Assembly: GCA_044229845.1 (NCBI GenBank)
Contig: JBGASG010000002.1
Coordinates: forward strand, 128,001-192,000
Source of the DNA: Candidatus Obscuribacteraceae bacterium
Lineage (GTDB): Bacteria; Cyanobacteriota; Vampirovibrionia; Obscuribacterales; Obscuribacteraceae
Direction of reading: 5' to 3'
Length of the DNA stretch: 64,000 nt
This document shows, in pieces, positions 53,484-62,500 of the stretch. The translations under genes were made by a program, and so were the position numbers. How positions within the stretch are numbered: the first letter of the stretch is position 1; the number at the start of each line of letters is the position of its first letter. The notes beneath the pieces were generated by a model, which was given only the letters and a program-made list of their open reading frames with translations, made no database searches and was not told the origin of the DNA.

Positions 53484-53647
53484 CATTTGCGGCACAACGC
53501 GATCGACAAACGCATATTCGATCCATATATCATCCGAGAGGGGATCTGAGATCAGGGTTTACCCGGGAAACTCGACAGTACTCGACCGGCTACCCGAAAC
53601 CGGCGCCGGACGTACGATAGAAGTGCCCGCCCAACTTGGCAACGCCC

Positions 53648-54403
53648 ATGAAGACATCCCTGACGTTCAGCATCGCCCTCAGTTTTTTGCTATCAGCGAC
53701 ACTCGGCTGGACCGCTGCGGAGGCAGCTCCTGAGAAGGAGAAGCAGCAGCCCGGCAAACTGATTCCGCTGTCCGCGACCTTCGACAGCAGCAGAACTCTG
53801 CAGGGGCATCTGGAAGTTAAGGGCAATCGCGTGGCGCTGAGATCGCGTACAGCCAGGCGCTCCGGTAACCTGGCCGCCGTGTCCCCCTCGCGCCGACGCA
53901 TGTCGGGGCGGGCTACCCTTGCCGCACGACGGCGTGCGTTATCGGCGATAACTGCGTCGTCCGCCGAATCCGGGTTCAAGCTGGCGGTGGCGACGAGTTC
54001 GCCGCGCCCCAAACTGTCCGCTGCCGCCGCGCCTAAACTGGCAATGGCAGTGCCGGCTCAGCAGCTGCAAACCCGGGTTTCGAAATCGCACGTCCAGACC
54101 GCGGCAGCGGCTCAGGAAGATGCGGATTGCACCTGCCACGAAGCACGCAAACTCGTGGACCAGAAACGCTACAGCGAGGCAGCCATAGCCTACGAAAAAT
54201 ACGCGGACAAGCTGCTGAAGACCTTCAACAAGGAAAACGGCGACTACGCCAGCGCGCTCACCTGGCAGGGCTACAGCCTGGAGATGCAGGGTCGCAAGAA
54301 GGAAGCTCGCAAAATATTGGAGAAGGCAGCGGCTGTCTATCGCACCGCCGATCCTGAAGACGAGACCCTCGAATGGATCGAAGATCGGCTGGCAGAGCTG
54401 TAA
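53648..54403 (+). CDS. Secreted protein with C-terminal TPR-like helices
   Basis: Signal peptide MKTSLTFSIALSFLLSA...; YASALTWQG...GRKKEA. Confidence 0.75.
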   Translation: MKTSLTFSIALSFLLSATLGWTAAEAAPEKEKQQPGKLIPLSATFDSSRTLQGHLEVKGNRVALRSRTARRSGNLAAVSPSRRRMSGRATLAARRRALSAITASSAESGFKLAVATSSPRPKLSAAAAPKLAMAVPAQQLQTRVSKSHVQTAAAAQEDADCTCHEARKLVDQKRYSEAAIAYEKYADKLLKTFNKENGDYASALTWQGYSLEMQGRKKEARKILEKAAAVYRTADPEDETLEWIEDRLAEL

Positions 54404-54752
54404 AAACAAAAACACCACCCGAACTGAATCGCGGTGGTGTTCATGCTACTGCCTGACTGCCCGTTGCTCGGGCTCAGTATTTCCAAACGCTTCAGTCAGT
54501 CCGTCACGTAAGGCGAGCTCGCGATAGCTGTAGTTTCCGGTCAGCGCTGACCTGATGTTTCCGCTCGGCTCCTCGGCTCAAAGGCGTCGCATTTCTCAAT
54601 CGACGACTCACCGTTGATGAAAGTAAGAATAGCGCGGATCTCGAGGTTCGACCACTACCCCAAATGACCTTTAATGATCTTCGTTTTGCGTATACAAAAG
54701 CGGCATAAACACTTATGTCTTGGCACCACATTTGGTTACTAAGCGCTTGAAC
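54404..54752 (-). ncRNA. Putative structured ncRNA, copy 9 (most divergent)
   Basis: Homologous to copies 7-8; compensatory CGTCG/CGACG stem. Confidence 0.75.
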
Positions 54753-54965
54753 CATTTGCCCCGCAAGCCGCTCCGGCTGTCGATATACGCCATATATAAC
54801 TTGCCAACTCGGCCGTGTTCGGAAAGGCGCAAAACGACGTTGCAGCTCAGCCGTAAAATGCGAAGTGATATCAGTTGGGTTGGAACTCGGACTGCTCCGT
54901 GGAGTCGTTATGGGTGTCGAGCCGGACCATATATAGCCGGGCGATTTCTCGGGAGGATGTCCGCT

Positions 54966-55460
54966 ATGACGTCACGCAGACGGCGAAGAAGAACAGCAGA
55001 ATCACGGCAGTTACCAGCCGCGCCGGGCGACCAGCAGGTCAGACAGCTGCCGGTGCCGGCCAGCGCCGTCAATTCTGTGAAGAAATTGCCGGCGCCTGAC
55101 GGGCTGGCAGAAGAACACCTCCCAATCGTCGCGCCCAGGAGCGCGGGGAAGTCGGTGGGAATCTGGCAGAAAGTGCAGCGAGCTGCCAAGAAGGCGCAGG
55201 AGGAAATCGATCTATATAGATCGATCCTGAAACACCCCCGAACCCCCTTGGCTGCCAAGGCACTGTTCGGGGGCGCCATTTTGTACGCCCTGTCGCCGGT
55301 GGACCTGGTTCCGGACTTTTTGCCCGCCATGGGCTGGCTGGACGACCTGATTGTCGTGCCGGCGATGGTTTGGCTGGCACTGGAGCTGGTTCCGGACGAT
55401 GTTATAGAAGAGTGTAGGGAGCGCGTAAAGGCTGGAAACCCGCCGCCTGGCACGGTATAA
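54966..55460 (+). CDS. YkvA/DUF1232 family membrane protein
   Basis: HPRTP, YALSPVDLVPDF, GWLDDL; GGAGG RBS. Confidence 0.9.
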   Translation: MTSRRRRRRTAESRQLPAAPGDQQVRQLPVPASAVNSVKKLPAPDGLAEEHLPIVAPRSAGKSVGIWQKVQRAAKKAQEEIDLYRSILKHPRTPLAAKALFGGAILYALSPVDLVPDFLPAMGWLDDLIVVPAMVWLALELVPDDVIEECRERVKAGNPPPGTV

Positions 55461-55470
55461 TGGAAACTGC

Positions 55471-55542
55471 GCCGACGTAGCTCAGGGGTAGAGCAGCTGT
55501 TTCGTAAACAGCAGGTCGCGAGTTCAAATCTCGCTGTCGGCT
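55471..55542 (+). tRNA. tRNA-Thr(CGT), no encoded CCA
   Basis: Canonical cloverleaf, loop TTCGTAA; TATAAT at 55456-55461. Confidence 0.95.
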
Positions 55543-55556
55543 AAGTTTTTGAAGAT

Positions 55557-56318
55557 ATGACTTTGTGCGGTGCCCCTTCTGATTTCCCGAAGCGGTTTCC
55601 AAGAACCACCTTAAAGGTGCGGAGAAAGCATGCAGCGTGCGATCCGCTAATTGGCGTGGTCCTCTTTTTGGTGGCAACATGTGTGCCATGCATCGCTGCT
55701 GATGAGGACGCAGCATTCATCCAGCTTTGGAATCGGTATTTAGCCAAGCCTGAAATTCAGAAGTTGCTATCGGAGCGCGACGCATCCAACGAACCGGAGT
55801 CAATTCGCGTGCGCCTAAATCGCCTGCTCGAAGGCGATCTCCGCGATCAAGACAATTCCACTCGTAACTCAATTGGGTTTTTAGTCGGCGACTTCCCCGT
55901 TCCAGACTATTCACCGACAGGCGGATACGGTGTTAACGACATCAGGGGTCCGTGGGCAAGACCTGCGCTGATAGGTGCTGGCGGGGGTGCCACGATTGGC
56001 GCGAGAATCGGCATGAACAGGAAGGACCTTCTCTATTCATCAAAGGTCGTAGAGGCGGGTGAGTCCGCTTATGAGATTCACGAGGTTCTCTTGCACGACG
56101 CCAAACAGATTCAGCACAACGTCAGAACAATTGTCTGGCAACTAAGAATTCTAGGAGAGCTTAAACAGTCGATCGCGGATGGAGACAAGTCGGAGATTAC
56201 GCGTACTTGGCTGAAAGATAGCGAACAAGTGGTTCTAAGCGCAGAACAATCTTTGGCATTACAGCTTGGCATTGACTTAACAAGGGTGAAGAACCTCCTT
56301 CGCGATGAAAGTCACTAA
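55557..56318 (+). CDS. Hypothetical exported protein
   Basis: 253-aa ORF with a hydrophobic segment near the N-terminus. Confidence 0.6.
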   Translation: MTLCGAPSDFPKRFPRTTLKVRRKHAACDPLIGVVLFLVATCVPCIAADEDAAFIQLWNRYLAKPEIQKLLSERDASNEPESIRVRLNRLLEGDLRDQDNSTRNSIGFLVGDFPVPDYSPTGGYGVNDIRGPWARPALIGAGGGATIGARIGMNRKDLLYSSKVVEAGESAYEIHEVLLHDAKQIQHNVRTIVWQLRILGELKQSIADGDKSEITRTWLKDSEQVVLSAEQSLALQLGIDLTRVKNLLRDESH

Positions 56319-57495
56319 AATTACCGTCAATGTCCTGAGCCTTCTTATCCTCTTCGGAGGAATCATCAGTGACGCACGGGCGACTGATTCTGAACGCTTC
56401 AAGTATGGAATGGTGCGCGTGCTGAGCGACATCGATCAAAACTCGATGCGCTTTTGCAGCGGCGATCTTTTTGGATTGGAGGATCAAAACGGTAGAACCA
56501 TACTTGATGCAAAGTATTCCGACATCGAATACTGCGGACACGGCATTTTCCTCGCGACAGAGATCCAAAAGTCGAACAAATACTTCTTTGGAGACCAGCG
56601 ACATTTCTTCAATCGCGACGGCGTCGAACTCAGCTACGAGCTACCAGAAGGAACTCTGTTACTGAATATCTTTTCGTTTGGAGACAAAGGTGATCAAAAT
56701 CCTGATCTGATTCTCGACAAATTTGCATCTGACACGATTTTGCTTTTTGTTTATCGGGAGTACGATTCTGCACGTGCACCTTCTTGCTGCCGCCAGGGAC
56801 TGTGCGATTTGAAAGGAAACATTCTCCTGCCGGCGCTGCGAGGTACCATACTATTTCTCGAACCCGGTTCTGCCTTCGTCGATCCTAACGATGGCAAGCG
56901 ATTTATTGTAGACCTGAAGACATGGTCGTCTACGTCGACAAATCTTTCGCGCAATCCGGGCTCCGTGCCGCGGTCACGCCTCCCATGGCTAAAAAACTAT
57001 CAAGTGCCGATGCCTTTTCCAAATGACCGCAAAAGAAAAGTAATTCTTACAGACAATGGTTCATTTGACTCTCAGTATTGGCTGGACAGAAGGGTCAGGG
57101 ACGGTCCAGTCAAGCAGGTCGAAATGTTCAACCGCTTTCTGCATGAATACGATTTGATTGGAATGCATCGGGATCGCGTCGCAGTCTTGCTTGGAGAGCC
57201 CGAGACTGGTACGGTTTCGCCCTCCCTAACTGCCCCGGATTCCTACATCTACACTTTTCCCTGCATGAGTTGCGTGGGATATTTCGACGGCATCAAAATC
57301 AACTTCGCTAATGAACGCGTCATTAGTTGGTCGTTCATCGGCGGCAACAAATACGAACAAACCGGGCACGAGTTCGCACCAATTACAACGAACATGGTGC
57401 TCTGGCGTCCAAAGAGTAAGAATTGGTTGAGGACCATCGGGTCGTTCAATTTTCCACCATCAACCGAACCTAAGGAACCGGCATTCTCACCCTAG
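56305..57495 (+). CDS. Secreted hypothetical protein (WG-repeat-like N-part)
   Basis: Signal peptide; FGLEDQNG and GLCDLKGN; LIGMHRDRVAVLLGEP. Confidence 0.65.
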   Translation: MKVTKITVNVLSLLILFGGIISDARATDSERFKYGMVRVLSDIDQNSMRFCSGDLFGLEDQNGRTILDAKYSDIEYCGHGIFLATEIQKSNKYFFGDQRHFFNRDGVELSYELPEGTLLLNIFSFGDKGDQNPDLILDKFASDTILLFVYREYDSARAPSCCRQGLCDLKGNILLPALRGTILFLEPGSAFVDPNDGKRFIVDLKTWSSTSTNLSRNPGSVPRSRLPWLKNYQVPMPFPNDRKRKVILTDNGSFDSQYWLDRRVRDGPVKQVEMFNRFLHEYDLIGMHRDRVAVLLGEPETGTVSPSLTAPDSYIYTFPCMSCVGYFDGIKINFANERVISWSFIGGNKYEQTGHEFAPITTNMVLWRPKSKNWLRTIGSFNFPPSTEPKEPAFSP

Positions 57496-57819
57496 CCGGG
57501 TGGCACAGAATCGAACGATTGATGCCTGCACCTGAGCAGGATAAGTTTGTCTCGCGCAATTTGCTACCGACTTTCATGCCGCTGATAGTTCCTGCTACTG
57601 CCACCAGGACTGGTGACTTCGTCAAATCGCTCAGCCACAACGATAATCGCGTGAAGGGATCTGCAAGATCACCCGACCTGGTTTTCCGAGTGACGTCGAA
57701 ACATTAGGCGGGCTGACGAGCACATAGAATGACCAGAGTAACTCTATGGGGCTTTACGAAGCAAGACGAATTGGGAATAATGCACACATCCCAGCGCTGT
57801 CACGCCGGCAGAGGTAGTT

Positions 57820-59562
57820 ATGCAAGACGACTCGACACATACTGAGGAGTCCGGCACGCTTGAAAAATCAGTTGGCGGCGAGTCTAAACGCCTTGTCACC
57901 CATACTGTCGGCGCATCCTTTCATAGCGAAACTAGCCAATACACGCTGATCGACCTGATCGGCCATGGCTCAAGCGGGGATGTCTGGAAGGCGTCTACCG
58001 CATCTGGTGCAGACGTTGCCCTAAAGCTCTTCAAAAGAGAACTGCTGTCGAACGAGGAGGCATTGCGCCGCTTCAACCTGGAAGCAAAACTTCTGCGTCG
58101 GATATCGCATCCGAATATCGTGTCGATACTCGACATGGGCGAAACTGGCGAAGGAATTCCATTCATCGTCATGGATCTCGTCCAAGGTGATACCATTCGC
58201 GATAGGCTCAATAGTGCGGGTGTGTTTGCGCCTGACCGGGTCGCTCAGATTGGACGCGAGATTTGCCGAGCACTATCCGCGGCTCACGCACAAACTGTCA
58301 TCCATCGCGATCTTAAACCGAGCAACGTAATTATCGCCGACAGTGACGACGTGCGATTGGTTGACTTCGGCATCTCAAAGGCGGTCGGCTATACGGGCGA
58401 AACTATTACCGAGTTTGGCGGGATGGTTGGAACTCCAGCTTACATGAGCCCCGAGCAGTGTCTCGGCAAACCGGTGGACGCTCGTTCAGACATCTACGCT
58501 CTTGGTTGCACATTGTTTGAAATGTTGACCGGCACCAAAGCTTTTGAATCAGGCACCCCAGTCGAAGCAATAGCAAAACAAATCAGCCCGGATCGACAAT
58601 CACTTAGAGTTCGCTTGAAAGCAACCGGAGCACCGTTAGAGCTTCAATCCGTAATTTGGAAATGTATACAGCGGGAGCCGTCTGAGAGGTACCAAACAGC
58701 TGTGCAGGTGGAACACGACCTCAGCGCATTCCTGACCGGCGCACCTCTCCATTTCGTCCTGTCCTCCAAGCCACACATCTGGTCACGCGTTCTAGTGTGC
58801 TTTATCGGGTTCACCGCAGCAATTGCACTTTTCTGGCCAAACATTGTTTGCCACTTGCATATTGGAACACTAATCCGCAATCGTTACACGAATCAGGTTG
58901 TGCTCTGGGATCCCTGGGCTCCATCAGTTAGAGCAGCAATTGACAATGCGGTGGCTGATCATCGATCTCTGCGCGCTGGTGACTTCCGTAACGCAGCAAT
59001 GGTGGGATGCACTTTTCGATCGCTGGACATGGAGCTAGCGGACTTCACAGGAGCACAACTAACCGGTTCACATTTCATTGACACAAATCTGTGTGGTGCA
59101 AATTTCTCAAATGCACAGCTAGGCGCATCTACTTTCATGGGTGGCACACTGAGCCGTGCTAGATTTCAGAATGCAGTGTTGCAGAATTGCAAAGTCAGTC
59201 CGTCGACAGCCTGTACCGGCGCAGACTTCTCCGACGGCAATCTACTCATGGCAACCTTCGACGGTGTGAATTGTAGGGAAGCAAATTTCACCAGAGCAGA
59301 CTTGCAACAGACTTCCTTTCACAGCGCCTGCTGTAACAATGCAAATTTCACTCGAGCAGACTTGCAACAAACCCTTTTCAGGGGAGCCTCCTGCGACAAC
59401 GCGAATTTCCAATACGCCATCCTCAGTGGGACGGAGTTCGAATACACCAGTTTGCGTTATGCCAATTTCGCACACTGCACGCCCGATATTGTGCGGGCCT
59501 CGCACGCTGACTTGACCGGCACAGGAGCGCGTATCAACGAGGAAGGCGAATTGGTAAGATGA
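57820..59562 (+). CDS. Ser/Thr kinase with TM segment and C-terminal pentapeptide repeats
   Basis: HRDLKPSN, DFG, GTPAYMSPEQ; A(N/D)FxxA(D/Q)L repeats. Confidence 0.93.
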   Translation: MQDDSTHTEESGTLEKSVGGESKRLVTHTVGASFHSETSQYTLIDLIGHGSSGDVWKASTASGADVALKLFKRELLSNEEALRRFNLEAKLLRRISHPNIVSILDMGETGEGIPFIVMDLVQGDTIRDRLNSAGVFAPDRVAQIGREICRALSAAHAQTVIHRDLKPSNVIIADSDDVRLVDFGISKAVGYTGETITEFGGMVGTPAYMSPEQCLGKPVDARSDIYALGCTLFEMLTGTKAFESGTPVEAIAKQISPDRQSLRVRLKATGAPLELQSVIWKCIQREPSERYQTAVQVEHDLSAFLTGAPLHFVLSSKPHIWSRVLVCFIGFTAAIALFWPNIVCHLHIGTLIRNRYTNQVVLWDPWAPSVRAAIDNAVADHRSLRAGDFRNAAMVGCTFRSLDMELADFTGAQLTGSHFIDTNLCGANFSNAQLGASTFMGGTLSRARFQNAVLQNCKVSPSTACTGADFSDGNLLMATFDGVNCREANFTRADLQQTSFHSACCNNANFTRADLQQTLFRGASCDNANFQYAILSGTEFEYTSLRYANFAHCTPDIVRASHADLTGTGARINEEGELVR

Positions 59563-59593
59563 GGTCTCCTGGGCGTATCTCTTTTTGACGCAA

Positions 59594-62500
59594 ATGACAG
59601 AACAGAGCCATCAAGGATTGGGAGAAGTTCGCATCCGCTTCGAGAAGGGGTGGGGTATTTGCTTGGACTTGTCGCAATCCACAGCGCAACTGCCCGACGG
59701 CAACGACCAACCGCTGCGCATTGTGTCCGTTGATGGCACACCGATCAAGGGAATGAGAATTGATCAAGTTCGAGGTTTGATGCGAGGACCTCTGGGGTCG
59801 ATGGTGACCCTGGAATTGTTGAGCACCCGCGATTTGAGCATAAATCTAACCCTTGAGCGAGAACTCAGACGTGTGGGTCCAGCGACACCGAATGCAGTGC
59901 ATGCGATGTTAGCAGCATCTGAAAAGCTCGACAACTTTGATGAGTCCGACTTTCCCGACCAATACTCAACTCATCGTGACCTGACAAAACTGGAACCCTA
60001 TACCACTGGGCTGATGCATGCAGCTTTACTTTGTGGAGAGCATTGGCACGAAAGGTCCGCCATGACATCGGCGGTGCAGCTGTTTACTGTGGTTCCGTAC
60101 TATGACCGGGTTGGGCGGATTGTTGAAGCCGATGCAGCGGCATCGAAAGCCATCGAAAGGTTGCGCCGCACCAACCCCAAATCAATATGGCTGCGCGATG
60201 CCTTCTTTAGGTTTGCAGAACATTGCGAACGGAAAGGTCGATACACTGAAGCAGAGGCAATCTACAGTTTTCTGCTGGGCTCTGCGCAACCCGTTACGTG
60301 GGAGAATTCCGGCTCACGGGCAGACGTGCTAAGTCGTTACGCCCGCATGCTGATCAAGTCTGGCAGAGTCAGCGAAGCAGAAAAGTTGTTTGACGAAGTA
60401 GCGGACTTGGAAAAGGGGCGTTTCTCCATTCGCCGCGAGGTTGCAGACTTTTACGCAGAGCGAGGTAGATTCAATGACTCGATCCAAATCTACTCCGACA
60501 TTGTGATTGAGCTGGAAAAACGATCAGAATCTGAACGAATGTCGCGCAAAGATCAACCGCTAGCTGAAGCGCTCTACCAGCTTGGGATCATGTGGCAGCG
60601 TGCCGGCGACCCAGCGCAGGCGATAGCACAATTGCAGAGAGCTGTCTCTGTCTACGAGGCAAGACTCAGCCCATCCGACCGCCTGGACTTAGAGAAAAAC
60701 CCAAGCTGGTTTCCGACGCTCAGCGATCTCGAAACAAAATTGGGACAGCTGCACCTCGCGAAAGGAGATCTTGACGCCGCAGAGATCAGCCTGCGCAGCG
60801 CGATATCGCGTCTGAGAGCCGCACTTGGCGCAGCCTCACCGAGGTTGAGAGTTCCAACAGCCGCACTCGAACAATGCACCAGTGAGCAGGCAGAACATGC
60901 CGAATCGATTGAACTAAGCGGGATCGAGCAATCGGCCACGACCGACAATGTTGACGATACAGATGAAGTGTATCAGCAGATTGCCTATGCATCACGACTG
61001 GTCTGGGCAGCGAAATTCGACGTAGCGCTGCCGAGCATCTTCAATTTGCTCTTGCTATACGAGGCACCAGTCGACGAAGACACTCCAGCGGCTCGGACGA
61101 ATTTGCTATTAAACAGCCTGTGCGTATTCGCAAGAAAGCTGCTCGACGCCGGCAATTTCAAAGAAGGAAAAGAACTTCTCGATCGGCTTGAGAGTGCTGT
61201 CAGGGACAAAAACGAGCCGCCTTCGACACTACTCCCAATTATCACGGAGTACGCAGTATTTTCGGCGGAGATGAATTTGCCGGTTAGCACATTCTGGGAT
61301 CGTCTGGAGGCAGCCCTAGCCTCTGGAGACTTCGATCAGAGGAGCGAAGCGCTTGCTTCTTCTTACACGATTCCTGAGAGGCTGAGACGCTGGTCACTCG
61401 GTTATCTGTTTGCCGGTGAGTATCTTCGTGCGGAACGGCTTTTGCAGCACGCTTCATATCTGCTCTATAAGTCCGAGAACCTGCAAGATGAATTAGAGGT
61501 GATGACCAGTACAAGTCCACTGTTGCCTATTGACCTGGGCATTGTCCACATTTATTTGGGGAAGCTCCAAGAAGCCAGATCGGCAATCAAGTATGCTCTC
61601 TCATTCGACCGAAACTCCCAATATGCAATTGCGCGAAAAATTACGCATGTTGCTTTCGCCTTGCGCCAATGCGGACACGACAGGGAAGCGCTGTCACTTC
61701 TGCGCAATGCGATAGAGCGCATACCGTATTCATCGTTGCACGACAAGAGACGGAACCAAACCGTGGTACCAGCCCTACTGCATTGGAAACTTGGAGAGCT
61801 CTTGGCGAAACAGGGTAACACGACGCAAGCTCAGGCTGAACTAAATAAAGCCAGCAACCAGTATGCTGAGCGCGGCGCAAGTCCATTGAGTTTCACCTTC
61901 CTGGAGGCGGAATTGGCTGAAACGCAAAATAACTTTGCCGCAGCCTCCAGAATGTACTGGACGAGCCGCAACCAGCCACCTCTTTCCATGATGCAGCACC
62001 AGCACGATCCGGCACGGCGGGACCTGCTCCGCGCAAGACTGTCCAGAGCATTGGCATGCGCAGATCAGGCACTCAATTTTCCTGCTGATGAAACTGTCTC
62101 ACTAATCCTTGAATTGATAAATTACTTGCTACCCGGCGACTATGCTCTTGCAGAGAGCCTATTGCAGAGAGCGCAGCGATTGGTTCCGGCAGAGAGCGAC
62201 ATTGGCAGAAAGGTCACCCGCGCGATGTCCGGACTGACGCTGGGAAGCCAGTCGCGCATAAGCGAACACATAGCCGCTTGCACTCGTGCAGCTCAAGATG
62301 CCGAGAAGTCTGAGCAACTGGATGCCTATCGAACGTGGCTGTCCGTCGCCGCTGCAGAAATTCGGGGCAATCTCCCTGACGAAGCAATCACACATGCAGC
62401 ACACGCGATCACACTGTTCAAAGATCGCTGGACAGCACAATCGTCTTTTAGCCCGCTGCTTGAAGCTCGCGTCTCAATCGTAAAAGGACTGCGGGAAGGA

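Noticed and set aside
35858..54752. Array as CRISPR, integron attC cassettes or a diversity-generating retroelement
   Set aside because: Repeats are ~350 nt with gene-sized intervals; no attC-type ends recognised; no cas, integrase or reverse transcriptase gene in the window
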